A stretch of 64,000 nucleotides of DNA, taken from positions 2,170,001 through 2,234,000 of the forward strand of contig NC_047071.1 in the NCBI RefSeq assembly GCF_902459465.1, in the 5' to 3' direction. Shown in pieces: positions 37,129 to 50,201 of this stretch. Source of the stretch: Asterias rubens. Its lineage: Eukaryota. The position numbers were made by a program, and so were the translations under genes. Position 1 is the stretch's first letter, and each line of letters begins with the position of its first letter. Under the pieces are notes generated by a model. It was not told where the DNA came from, made no database searches, and saw only the letters and a list, made by a program, of their open reading frames with translations.

Positions 37129-40100
37129 GGAGGAACGTGATTCGTCAGGTCAATGTTGGCCGCGATCGTTCATTGGTCAATATCTTGCATCAACACAGGT
37201 GCGAGAATGCGACGCCCTGGATACGGCAGGGAGCTTCCATTTCATGGATAGGGATGTTGTAACTGTGACCTGTGTGACAAAAGATGACGCTCTGTAAATA
37301 GCGTATTACGTAATTCATTGAGGTTCAGACAAGTTTTGTTGTTCATCATCTGGTGCTTCTTTTGTGTTTTTTGTGCTTTTTAGTTGAGGAAAGCGATCGT
37401 CCGATGTCGGCCCAAAATCAATGCCACTATGTATAGAGAAACGAAAGAGGGCGTTGTTTGAAAGCCCCCAAAAGATGCGCTTATTATTGGGATGGATGAA
37501 GGAATTTCCCTCTTTAGAGCATTGGGCAAGAAAAACGTAAAACAAATTTTTATTGCATAACTCTCTCATTAAAAAAAAAATCCTCATCTTTTCATAGTCC
37601 CATTCCTTTGCATTTCGTACGGCTCCCGATTAAACAAAAGTTGTCTATCAAGGTGTTCATATTATAATAATGTAATGTGGCATTTCTTATGTTTTCTGTT
37701 AGAAAAAAAACATGCTGATTGATAGCCAAACGACCGGAGGGTTACAATTTAAATGTTAAAATGTTGTCCAAGCTTTGGACAAATCACACAAGTTTTGTAA
37801 CATCGTCAGTTGTATAAGAATTGCACCGCTGGCAAACTAAGTTGGTATACATCAAATTTATTGTCTTTTACAATTCATAATTATTGAATTATTGTCTAAT
37901 TGGTTATTTTCTGGTAATTACTTTATAAACTTTTTTTTTTTATTATAAACTAGTAAACTTTCAATTAGTTTAACAAAATTTATATAATTTTTTTGTTTTG
38001 GTGTCTTTTTGGACTTTTCTCTTGGGGAGGGGTAGAGTGGCAGATGGTGAAGTTGGATCCACCCTTTTACCCAATTGAATTTTTTTTCTTCGAAATTAAC
38101 TGTTTGAAACCATCTAATGTTATGAACAGTCAACACATTTTCTGAGCATTTGAAAAGGGATATTATGAGTTTTAATTTACGTTCAGGGTGAAATCAGTAC
38201 AAAGTTGGGCTTTTGTATAACATTCTTCTTTTATTATGACTCTTCAGAAGACAATAAAATAATGACAATGCAAACCTTTTCATTCAAAATAAATATATAC
38301 TTTATTTCAGCTATTGTTATCTTCATGTATTTACAAACAACAAAAGCCTACTCTCACAATATGTACATTATTAAAAACAATTCACTACCAATTATTTTCA
38401 AATATTTCTGATAACAAAACAGTTAATTCTCTTAGCCGTAACTTTGGCCCCTGGTTTGCTTATACTTAATTTCTCAACAACAAGGTTTATTTTGAAAGTT
38501 ATTACAAAGCAAAAATTATCTACCTATTCATCCAATGAAAATAATGAACAGTATAACAATAAAACAATAACAACACTTGTTTTCCCAAATTTTGATTTTG
38601 ATTGTTCAAAGTGTAATTTGTGCGCTAAAGAAACACAACAATGCCTCAAATGAAGCAGTTCTTTATCAATGCTCTCACAGCTAAGGAGTCTCCAAAGCCT
38701 GAAATATGCATCTGTGTGGAGACATCTTTTGTTCTTTCCATTGTCCCTGTACTTAAGATGCTCCCATAGACTTTGTACACACAATCCTTGTGGAGCACCC
38801 TGGTCTTTAAAGTTTCCCTATGGAGTCCTTTTATTTGATTTTATTATTTTGTCATTGGTCTTCAGAAGGTACCGAATACCAGCACCAACTTTTTGTTGTT
38901 TTTAAAATATTATTTCCAATGAAAACTGGATTAAAGACACACAAAATCAGTTGTTTCTAATGACCTACCCACAACTTCAAAAAAAAAATAAATAAGTAAA
39001 TAACGCAAAAAAAAATAATAATAACAAATAAATAACAAAATAAACAAATAGATAAATAAATACACAAATAAATAAGTAAAATAAACAGAACAGAAGTATA
39101 ATTAAGAGGTACAAATAGAATCGGGTGTCCAATCTGTTATGGATTTGAATGGTTTTCCGCTCGTTCTTCTAATAACTATACACACTTGTAGGAGACTATC
39201 GTAGACATGGTCTTTTCTGCAACTACATTAATTTTTATTGTACAACTTGTTTATTGGATTGTTCTACACTTTTTCTTAATAAAATACAGAATTTTTATTT
39301 TACCCAAACAACACTAACATTATTTGTATCTTTTAAAAATTATGGATACCGACACAACAATCCACAAAATACAAGCAAAATCCTGAGAATTATTCGCATA
39401 GGTTTCAAGCCCACCTTCCTAGTGACTCTCTGGTACAGGGACCCCAACACAAACATGGAGGCAAAAAAGAAAAAAGCTGTTGTCATTACGGCTAGATAGC
39501 TCACTTGGTAGAGCGCAGGTATGTTAAACCACAGGTAGCAGATTCAAGTCCCACTTTAAATAATTGTTTTTTGTTCACAACAAAGAGAAGAAAAAAAAAC
39601 ATTTTAAAATAAAAATCCCAGATTAAAACACACATCAAAAATAACATTTTCTCTTACAATTGCTCTTCACCGAATATCGTTCGCTAAATCTTAAATCCTG
39701 GAAAGCCCTTCTGAAGAAAAACCAAAAAAAAGGCTTTTCAAGCCTGCACTTTTTTTAAACTAGGAAAGCACTAATTTCAAATCAATAAGCCGATGTGCAA
39801 GTTGCATTTGAATAATGTCTGGTAGAATGATTTGCTTAGTTACAAGTTAGCTATTAAACATTTTGAATAGATGTGTATGGCACAATGGCACCAGGGTTTG
39901 CTCATCTGGAGGTTGCTTGCCACGAACCATTTAACACACATGTACATGTAGCCACTGTCTCTAAAATCAAATCTGGCCAAACTTATGACTAGCGAAGTGC
40001 TTGTACCAGACGTTACTCAAATCCAACTCACAATATGGTTTATTGCAACTTCACTGTCATCGGAAATCTTCAATAAAACACAATCTTACCTGATGTCCAA

Positions 40101-41575
40101 CACAGATCAAAACAAACCTGGAATTCATTTTTTGCTTATATAACAAACAAAAAGAACATTAATACTTCATAATGTAACTAAACGAGAGCAAAATATTACA
40201 AAACCTCTACATGAATGTGTATATCAAATAATATAATTACTGTAAAACGTACACAAGTTTCCTCAATCCTAGAACTCCAAAGACCAACTTGACCCTTCAA
40301 CAGGAGATTGCTTATCAAAAATGTTACACTAATATATAAACAAATTCTAACTCTACATTTTCACATAGGGTTGCACATAATACTTCACACAAAATTGCTA
40401 TTTTTTAGGGAAAGAAACTGATAAATTAAAATTTAGTTTACCACTGTCTGTGAAATGTTTTATCCAAACAAGGTCTGCTGACGCGTGATCTTAAAAAATT
40501 TGGTGAGATAACGAAACTGTCTTAAGGTCAAATAAGGGTCATATAAGGTTAATGAAGGGTCATCACTATTGAGAAAATAGCTGCTGTTTTAATTCAGGGA
40601 TCTCCAATTGAGTGAATAGCTTTTACAGGGATAACATTTTGCCCTTGACAAAAACGTAGCAATACTTTGTGGAGTAAAAAGGCAGACCTGCATGTGCATT
40701 ATGGGATAGGGTTTTAAAGACTTTTCATGCTACTTCAAAACAACTTTGCTGTTTTTTTTTCTGAGGGCAAACCAATGGGAAAATCAGATAGGAAAAATAC
40801 CAGGCCTTTTTTTGTTAACTCTGTCCGCGCTTTTAAATATTAATGCCACACACTGTCAATATTGCATTTCACCTCATAAAATCATTCATGCTTATTCGGA
40901 TACCTTGGTTCTCCCTTCTACTATTTGATTTCACAACAAGTGTCACGTCGCTGGTCAGCAACAACCTCTTGATGCAATATAAAATGCCTTGTGAACGAAA
41001 ATTGCTTTGTTATGACCAATGTGAGGTTCAATTCACCAAATTCAGCAGATTCAAATTATGGGTGGCCAATTCATCAGAGTGTGGGTTTGGGTCCCTGTCA
41101 TGACACTTTATCAAGCCTTGAACTTTGATCTTGAAAGGGCTCAACAAGTTCCCGATGGAAAGGGGCACTTTTGGGAAATGTCAGTTGGTATTGGAATCTT
41201 GCAGAGGGCACCACAGCCAAAGCACAGGGCACCCGAGAGGGCTTCAGGAGTGTAACATCTGGCTCAATAACTGCATCCCTGAATTTCATTTTTTTGAAAG
41301 GGCAAGGCCATTTGTTTTTGCAGTTTCTAACTGTGGACAAATGGGGGAAACAGTTTCAACTGTGGACAAAAACATCGACCTTTCGTCTCGGTGTCTTTTT
41401 GTTGACTTGATGTATTTGAGCCTGTTACAAATGTACAATGTAACTCAAAAGGCAAAAAGTAGTGGATGGATTCTAAACAATTTGGGATGATATAAAAAAG
41501 GGGTCAACTGTTACTGGGTGGGGCTTGGTATGTGTAAGGGGTGGGATACTTGCTGTCCAAGGGGTAGCATCTACA

Positions 41576-44500
41576 TCATGTGCAGCTTTGAAGAAGTTGT
41601 ATCATGTGTTTCTCAATGGCAAGTTGTACTGGAAAGGAAACGAAAGATGAAAGATGTATGAGACACTTTGATCACTGACGCTGGAAAAATACGTAATAGG
41701 TTTTTTTGCACACATATATTTCTAAAAGTAAAATCAGTAGAGGGTCCCACCGCCATTAAAAAAGGAAGATTTCAGATGCATTTTCAAGTCTTTAGACCTG
41801 AGGTATTCTATAATATTTGAGTGAGAAATTACCTCTTTCCAAAAATGATGTTACTTCAGAGAGAGCCGTTTCTCACAGGGTGTTATACTATCAACAGCTC
41901 TCCATTGCTCGTTACCAAGTAAGTTTTTATGCTAAAAGTTATTTTTAGTAAATACCAATAGTGTCCTCTGCCTTTAAGTTCTCTTTGGAGGCATCCTTAG
42001 TTTTATTACCAGGAAAATCAAACAATTATTACCTTCTCTGTAACCTAGAGCCACAGCCAGACTCAGCGGTGAATGTCCCCCTTCAGTTTGTACGGTCAGG
42101 TCAGCACCGGCTTCTAGCAGCAGGCGGGCACACAGTGGATGGTTATTGTAGACTGCATACAGCAATGGCGTTCCCTCATTCTTGAACATCAATCAAATTC
42201 AAGATAGTCGTTTAGAAATATCAGATTGTGATCGGCAAACTGCAGTGTTTCTAACACGCTCTGATTTGTGTATATTTTCATCATTCACTTCAACCCCTCG
42301 GGATCTTGAGATAAAACTCCTAAATCTTGTTAACACAGCTGATAGTTCGCTTTAAAAATACCGATGGGCTTACAGAGACACAAATATATTTAGTATTAAG
42401 AGCACTGGACCTCAAGCTCTGGTGTTTCTAATCGAATGTGGGTCCCGGTTGTGGTACTTTGGGGCCTGAGAAAGATACTTGCCTAAACCATATTTCCGTT
42501 GGCTGTTAGGCTCCATGAACTAGGCAGTGCATGTAAAAGAATCCAAAACACTTATTGATGGGTTTGCAAAGACACTGATATATTCAGTCGGTGTACATAT
42601 TAGTTAAATGCTAAACTGAAACAAGAAACTTAAACGATATGTCAGATGAAAAAGCAAAAGACAAATACATGTATACAAGTTTTTTTACCATATCAAGTTT
42701 GTTGACATCTGCTCCATCTTCCAGCAATAAACGGACAATCTCCAGACACCCAGAGCTGCTTGCGTACGCCAAAGCCGTTTCCCCCTCGTCACTCTCCCGC
42801 ATCACGTCCGCCTCGTTGCTCAAGAGATACTTGACGATATCTGTCTGCCGGTGAGCACATGCCCACATCAGCGGGGTGCGACCCAACGGATCGGACTCGT
42901 TCAACTCGCATTCTTCTTGGAGTTTCTCATCCATGGTGGCTATCTCGCCTTGGGCTGCAAGCTGATGGACTGTCAGATCTGAGTAGGTTTTGGATATTAA
43001 AAAAAATAGTATTTATTTTACTGAGGCTTTCATTGGGCCTTCCTGGCACCACTCTCAGCTCCTTGCATTGGGCCTTCCTGGCACCACTCTCAGCTCCTTG
43101 CATTGGGCCTTCCTGGCACCACTCTCAGCTCCTTGCATTGGGCCTTCCTGGCACCACTCTAGCAGCTCCTTGCATTGGGCCTTCCTGGCACCACTCTCAG
43201 CTCCTTAGGAGTATGCAGCACCGCCAGCCTAATGGGCGTACAGGCTGCTACCACTCAGATCGACAATCTCTACCTAGTATGTACCCCTATCAGAGTCTTA
43301 ATCAATCACAAGAACCATCTCTATCTTCACAGACACCCATTTACTCCTTGGTGAGGAGATGGTCCTGTGGTCAAACAAGCCCCTTCCACCAACCCCCTTT
43401 TTGTTACCCTCCTCCTGTTCATCCCCAGCAATAGCCCCCTCCATTCTCTGTGTGTTTTCATCTCTATATTCTACTTCAACTTGATTGCTTTTATCGCACC
43501 AGTATACCAGGTATGCCAGTATACCTGTTTATGTTTTGTTGCATTGTCATTTTTAGCCTTTGAGCAAGACTCTTCTAGGGTCAAAACGACTCGTCAGGCC
43601 ACTGACTATTTGTTTGTGCACCTGTCCTTTTGTTCGGTTGGTAAGCAGTTTGCAACAGCTAATTCTATTTTCTCAGAAACTATTTAAGGTAGCTTCCAAA
43701 CTCACTATAAAGACTGGTTGGTGTGACACTCTGGATATTTCCTCGCTTGGTGTTAGTCATTGTTATCTGCAACTTTAGACAAAAACAAAATAAAAAAACA
43801 TGTTTTTAATAAAGATCAGTTTGAGTTTTGATCATACTGTGTTCTCAAAAAAAAACTATACACTTTTGAAATGGCTGCCGAATAAAAAAATTATGATTCT
43901 GGGGGAAAAGGGTTTTGTTTGTATGGATAGCTTATGGACTCAACTTTCATATGAAACCAAAAAGTCAGAAAATAATTGGGTGAGCACTGCTCACTGAAGA
44001 TTAAGTAGCCGACATCTTGGAGTGAATTTTGTAAGCTCCAAAGGACTTGCCTCTCACAAACTGGCATATTCCTGCGAAACCTAATTTTCATACCCTGTAC
44101 AAAAGTGAGCAGGACTCACCCAAGCATAAATTATTTTCAGTTGTTTTGTGTCATATGAAAGTCAAGTCCATAAGCTATCCATACATATAAACCTTTTCCC
44201 CTAGAATCATATATTTTTTTAATCAGCAGCCATTTCAAATGTGTATAGCTGTTTTTTTAAACACCCTGTATACTACAAATGTTTATTATCCTTACCCTCA
44301 TTGGGGAATAACTGGACTTGCTCGATTTACTGGATGATGATGATCTACTCGGACAAACTTGCTTTAAGGTAGGCAACAAATTCCTCGTCTCTGAAATAAA
44401 AAAAGAGGAAGATTTTATGACAGTGTACTACAATTTTGATTGTTTATTCAACTGTTGAAAGGTGGTGTTTGCTTATATAATACAATTCTGAGATCAGGTT

Positions 44501-45327
44501 AGTATAGTGGTTTCTTGAAAGAGCTTTCTGTGCCGAATGGCAATGCTACTATGTATGGGGAAGGGGTTTGGGGGGGGGGGGGGCCCTCCCTTATCCTCTT
44601 GCACATTGTAGAGTCTGGCTAAGACCCTTTCTGAGGCAGAATCATTCCTTCCTATGGGTGATCTCATCTGTGGATTTAACAGACTTAAAGAGAATTCAAG
44701 AGTTTACATGAGGTGTGGCGTGTCGTGGCAAAGTTAAGAGCACCGAGTTCAAGCTCTGGTGCTTCTTTTCAGAAGAGTGTGTGCTCGAGTCTCGGTTGTG
44801 ACGCTTGTGTCTTTAAGTTGGAAACTTAACCATTATTGCTTTGTCCTTCTGATGGAACATAAAGCTGTGTGTACTAACAATGCATGTAAAAGACCCCAGT
44901 ACACACTCATTGCCCAGGTATGTCTGCCAGAGCGTTTATCTTTGATCATTTGAAGGCGCACACTCAAAAAGGAAGAAGAAGAAGATATACATGTACCTGG
45001 ACACATGACAGACTGGACTTCCAGATCCGAGCTTGTTTGGTCCTGGTCGCTGAGTGAATTCAGCACTCTGTCCACTGCCATCATGGAGGGCTGGACGTGT
45101 ACAATGGCCGGACGGCTGCTATAATCAATGGGTATGTTGAGCATCGTTGTCGCTGCCTGACCCTTATTATTATCGGACATCACAGTGACCTGCTGGTGCG
45201 TCTGGTGGTGGTAACCCGCCATAGGAACTTGACTGGTGACCAAGTGTAAGCTTGTAGGGTAGACTTGATTTGGTGCAGACGAGGAGCTGGGAACTACAGG
45301 GATGGTGTGAAGACGATCTTGGTCCAT
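41576..45327 (-). CDS. ANKRA2: Ankyrin repeat family A protein 2 / RFXANK co-ortholog, about 325 aa
   Basis: Exons 45327-44997, 44390-44296, 43766-43706, 42978-42689, 42180-42033, 41628-41576; in frame, 978 nt. MTNTKRGN...NLTVHQLAAQGE precedes ankyrin repeats GRTPLMWACAH, GETALAYASSSG, GTPLLYAVYNNH and HSPLSLAVALGYREVQLAIEKH. Confidence 0.9.
41785..41973. mobile_element. Family A fragment
   Basis: One TIR (ATACCAATAGTGTCCTCTGCCT|TTAA) plus half of the body. Confidence 0.75.
43031..43206. repeat. Minisatellite, 35-bp unit, 5 copies, in an ANKRA2 intron
   Basis: CATTGGGCCTTCCTGGCACCACTCTCAGCTCCTTG repeated; one unit carries a 2-nt insertion. Confidence 0.95.
44716..44885 (+). mobile_element. 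tRNA-derived SINE, decayed
   Basis: GTTAAGAGCACCGAGTTCAAGCTCTGGTG...GTGACGCTTGTGTC, same family as 63332. Confidence 0.7.
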
Positions 45328-46375
45328 GGCTTTCGAGACTGCTTCAATCTCAACTACTGGAAATCATCTGACAATTAAAAAGATGGAAGGTTAAGTTTTT
45401 GAAGAAAAGACAAAAGTAGTCCTGAAAGAAAAACAGCTAGAAAAACAAGTATGTATCCATAAATTTGATTTTGTATTTTTTAAGCCTTAAATATACCAAG
45501 TCTTCTCTTGGAGTCTTAGTTTAACTATTTTTGAGATTAAATTTCTGGACAATTTATGGGTTTTTCGATACTTTTAAGTGGGTGGTGAAAATGGGTTAAA
45601 ATTAAATGGGGTCGAGATCAGTCATAACTCAATTAGAAAAAAATAAAAACACAACAACACCTAAGACTTCCATGCTTCCTCACCCCTCAACAATTAGCAT
45701 AAACATGATTTAAAAAAAAAATAAAAAAAATAAAAATAGGGTATGAATATGTTTATGAGAGGAGGAAAAACCCCAAAACAAAACAACACAACATTAGGCC
45801 CCCAACATTAGAAAAAGAGCGAACAAACAATTCACTAATTTTGTTTTAACTTTAAAATCTTAATTTTTGTTCTCCTTGAACATGTTGAAATTGAGTCCTT
45901 GTGAAAGTTGTTCTTTTGTCTTGTTGATGTTTGAAATTAATTATAATAATGGTTTAATTTAGGCCTACACAAAATTGATATTATTTGCATGGAGGTAGAA
46001 CTGTTCCGCCCCAACTTGATAATCGTCCCAAACTATAGTTGGGACGGAACAGCTCCATGGTAATTGTTTATCCACTGACTGTACTCTAACCCGGCAACAG
46101 ACCCACCGTGACTGACATCACATTGACATCTTGACAGGTGACATCCCCATCCAATGCACAGTCAGTGGCTTCCCTTTGCCCTTCTTTCAATTCAACAAAC
46201 AAGCAACAACAAAGTTCACTCAGCAAACAAAAGGCAGGATGAATGCTCGGTTGCAGCAACAGAGAGAAGGCTCTGTTGGTAGCTAGCAAAATCAATCACT
46301 CTCCACATCTACACATGCAATCAATTACCTATAATTGAATCGATGCATTGATAGCGATAACGAAGGTTTTCATAC

Positions 46376-46806
46376 CTCTTTTATGGCCGCTAGTTGCGGA
46401 CTTTTTCAGACGCCTCTCGAACCTCTCGCTTGGTGTTGTCGACCAGCTGTTCCATTCAGAGATCGCAAAACTCTTGGTTTTTTTTACGAGTAGTCTGGTA
46501 CCATCAGGATAAAAAATATTTAAGATTGAACGTATTAAAGGGGGTTGGATACCTGACACAAAATCAACCTCGTACTTAAATACCTCGAAATCTAACCAAA
46601 ACCGATGCGGTGAATTCAACCTGGGAACAGGGTTAATATTAAACTATTCTCTGAATTTTTTTTTCTTGATGAATTAATTTATATAGATGGAACGCGGAAG
46701 TCCTGACTGACATAAATAAATGCAGGGAAAACAAATCTGGACTTAGCACACGCGAGGTGATTTGGCACGACCGCAAACTTCTTTAGTGCTTTTTATCTGC
46801 GTGAGT
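46376..46806. promoter_or_regulatory. Putative bidirectional promoter and non-coding first exons of ANKRA2 (-) and CSK (+)
   Basis: Minus-strand donor AG|GTATGA after 46376; plus-strand donor C|GTGAGT at 46801; ETS motif CGGAAGT at 46695-46701. The ATG-bearing exons of both genes are preceded by acceptors (45369-45368 and 51226-51227), so upstream exons are implied. Confidence 0.4.
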
Positions 46807-47156
46807 ATAATTTCTTCTCTTTTGCAGTGAAATTATTGATGAAAAATGAACTAAATTGAGGATGACAAATAATAGTTGCAATCAAATTAATGCGTGCGGC
46901 CCGGCGAGTGCATCATTTCATGATCATGACATCACTGACCTACACAGTCACAGTGCTACACAACGCAATAAGAAAATTATTGGACCCTTCGCCCATCCGT
47001 ACTTTTCTGATTATGGAAGTAACTGATTGAGAAAATCAACTGGCTGCAAGTACACTCTGACTCTGTCATGCTTTATAATTGTAATTTGGAGGTCTTATAT
47101 TTACTCTTAAAAAAAAAAACGGTGTCAACAGTACAGTCAACTGTCAACATGGTCAA

Positions 47157-47529
47157 TCAGTGGACATAGTATTATTGGTAATTACTCAAAATAATTATTA
47201 GCATGAAACCTTACTTGGTGACAAGTAATGGGGAGAGGTTGATGGAAACATTGTGACTCAGAAGTAACAACATAGTTTTCGAGAAAGAAGTAATTTTCCA
47301 TGAATTTGATTTCGAGACCCGAGGTTTAGAGTTTGAGGTCTCAAAATCAAGAATGTGAAAGCACACAATTTGTGTGACAAGGGTGTTTTTTCTTTCGTTA
47401 TTATCTCGCAACTTTGACGACCAATTAATTGAGCTTAAATTTTAACAGGCTTTTTATTTTATGCATCTATGCTGAGATACACCAAATGAGAAGACTGGTC
47501 ATTGATAACTACCAATTAGTGTCCAGTGT
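47157..47529. mobile_element. Family A element with decayed ends
   Basis: Body matches the other copies; termini are degenerate. Confidence 0.8.
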
Positions 47530-48719
47530 TTAATGTAAAATCATAAATGGTCAATCAATGTCACATTTTTATTTTTGATGAAATAATATGCAATTTTTTG
47601 CAAATATGTAAGCTGTGTTATCTGCTTTTAAGTCTGTCTGTGAACAATAATTGATGATATGTATACTCCAAATAATCATTGTGTTTTTAATTAAGTTAGT
47701 TTTATACAGTGTACAGTATTGGCGTGGCTTACTCCTAGAACTGCTATATTATCCACTAAACGATTTGATGATAGCAGAACAGACCTCTGAAACAAGGTCC
47801 ATTTGAGAATTAAACCACCTGATAAAAAGCAACTTTGCTCTTTCAGTTGATAAGCAGTTAACTTGCCCCCAGCAAAGTCGCCCACAATACAACAATCAAA
47901 ATTCATGCTGTCATTTTGACAGTGTGTCATATTTGTAGTATCTCATTATCATATAACTCATTATTTTCTGTGTCTGCTGTGCATCAATGAACAAATTAAT
48001 TTGATGACAATAATAAGTGTAGTCGAGCATTGCATTGCATGATGCACTTGACCGCAAACATTTTATTCAGTTAGTCTGAAAAATTCATTAAAAGTACCTG
48101 AAACTACACTCAAAAGTATTTTAACGTAAAATAAATTCACTTGTACAATTTGAGTGGAAAATTATTTTCAATGAAGGTTCTTTCAATTCAAGTTTCAATT
48201 TTTAACCAAATTTTGGCGAAAAAGGCGGGATGTATTTTTTCCCAACCATTTTGGATGGAAATATTAGGGTGGTTTGCTCACTACAAAATTTAAATAATTT
48301 ATTAGCAAGTAATCAATTCAAACTTTTTTCAACAAATATTTGCAACTCTACACATTGAAAGACTTTTGGGCAATTTCCGGAGCTTAACATGCTTTAACAC
48401 AGTTTCAACCTTTGGGAAAAATTTCCAACAGACCTGATACTTCATAGAGGCAACCAAGGTCATTGCCTCCATGCCCCCTGGTTATTGCCCTTTATGCCCT
48501 CGAAATGCTCGACAGCAGAAATTTACAATTTCCTCATACACTGTACTATTGATGAGAAAATGTTACCAGGCCTTTTGTGTTTCCCCTTTCACATTGGCAA
48601 GTTGAGTTCACTGTAAAATAATTCAGGAATGATTGATTCCCCAAACATGTTTTCAATTACCTTTTAATGCTGCTTTATTGATGAGACATCTGGAAATGGT
48701 TATTTGAAATGAAGCCACT

Positions 48720-49130
48720 AGGCATAGACTCAGACTGTATCATTTTCTTGCAACCCAAATACACACACGCATCCACTCTTCTCAAACAATTACACTGGTT
48801 ACCAGTTAAACAACGCATCACCTTCAAAACATCAGTGAACATGCACAAAGCACTCTCTAACGTACTTCCACAATACCTTACAGAGTCGCTAAATTTCAAC
48901 AAACCTGGCCGGAGTGGGCTCCGCTCCGGCCAGAATCTAACAATCCCTCGCACACACAAAATGGCAGGGGACCGGTCCTTTTCAGTCGCTGGTCCCCGGT
49001 GCTGGAACGCCCTACAAAGTCATATTCGGAACACCAACACACTCCAGACATTCAAGAGTCTTCCAGCGCATTGAATTTTGTAAAATGCGCTTTATAAGTC
49101 TCGTTTATTATTATTATTATTATTATTATT
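48720..49130 (+). mobile_element. L2/CR1-clade LINE 3' fragment
   Basis: ORF2 C-terminus HASTLLKQLHWLPVKQRITFK...GDRSFSVAGPRCWNAL, followed by AAATGCGCTTTATAAG and a (TAT)n tail. Confidence 0.85.
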
Positions 49131-49446
49131 GTTTTCTTTAAATGAATCTTGGTATGGAATATGAACTGTTTTGAAAACAAGCTCTTAGTGCCACGAGTAC
49201 ATTAGGTATAGTCTGTGTGCAGAAAAAAAGTGTTATATATAATTACAATGTCATTGAAGCACTGTCATGACTGTACAATACAAGTTTAGCCTATTATATG
49301 CTAGTTTGCCAGCTTTTTTAGATTGCAGCTTGTGTCAAGTTTAACACTACTACCCAGTGTAATGAAGTGTTGGGTGTCAATGTTCACTAATTTATGTGGG
49401 GAAGGTGTGGAAGGTGTACAAACTTTACACTCCATGTAGGCATTAA

Positions 49447-49833
49447 AGACCCTGGACACTATTGGTAATTGTCAAAGACCAGTCTTCTCACTTGGTGTAT
49501 CTCAACACATAGGCCTAATGCATAAAATAACAAACCTGTGAAAATTTGAGCTCAATTGGTCGTTGAAGTTGCGAGATAATAATTAAAGAAAAAACACCCT
49601 TGTCACACGAAGTTGTGTGTGTTTAGATGCTTGATTTTGAGACCTTAAATTCTAACTCTGAGGTCTCGAAATCAAACTCGTGGAAAATCAAATTCTTTCT
49701 CGAAAACTATGTCACTTCAGAGGGAGCCGTTTCTCACAATGTTTTATACCATCAACCTCTGCCAATTACTCATCACCAAGTAAGGTTTTATGCTAATAAT
49801 TATTTTGAGTATTACCAATAGTGTCCACTGCCT
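49447..49833. mobile_element. Family A element
   Basis: TTAA|AGACCCTGGACACTATTGG...GTGTCCACTGCCT|TTAA. Confidence 0.88.
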
Positions 49834-49837
49834 TTAA

Positions 49838-50201
49838 AGCCATTATACCCTTTCGGTACAGAAAAAAAAAAAAGTTCACAGATTTACAAATAATTTACAG
49901 GGTTTACAGAAGGTAATGGTGAAAGACTTCTCTTGAAATATTGTTCCATGAAATGCTTTACTTTTTGAGAAAACATTAAAAAAATATAAATTCCCTTTAG
50001 CGAGAATTACGGATTTATTTTAAACACATGTCATGACACGGCGAAACGCGCGGAAACAAGTATGGGTTTTCCCGTTATTTTCTCCCGACTCCGATGACCG
50101 ATTGAACCTAAATTTTCACAGGTCTGTTACTTTATATATAGGTTGTGATACACGAAGTGTGGGACTTGGACAATACTGTTTACCGAAAGTGTATAATGGC
50201 T
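49838..50201. mobile_element. Family C element
   Basis: TTAA|AGCCATTATACCCTTTCGGTA...TACCGAAAGTGTATAATGGCT|TTAA. Confidence 0.85.

Noticed and set aside
37315-37587. 90-aa minus-strand ORF upstream of cyclin B
   Set aside because: No recognisable domain, start context or partner exons.
39488-39580. tRNA gene (also 15025-15115, 63228-63420)
   Set aside because: A/B boxes are present, but the acceptor and anticodon stems are broken and each copy continues into a shared repeat body, so these are SINEs.
42859-43687. Plus-strand ORFs of 191 and 106 aa antisense to ANKRA2
   Set aside because: They result from the 35-bp minisatellite and antisense coding sequence.
45997-46056. Hairpin TAGAACTGTTCCG...CGGAACAGCTCCA as a seventh 9-bp-TSD MITE
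   Set aside because: The inverted repeat is real, but the right end is not CTA and the flanks share only 5 bp, so it was left out of the count.
46329-46619. 96-aa minus-strand ORF as a coding first exon of ANKRA2
   Set aside because: The ATG exon has an in-frame TGA upstream of ATG 45327 and the peptide has no recognisable similarity; more likely 5' UTR.
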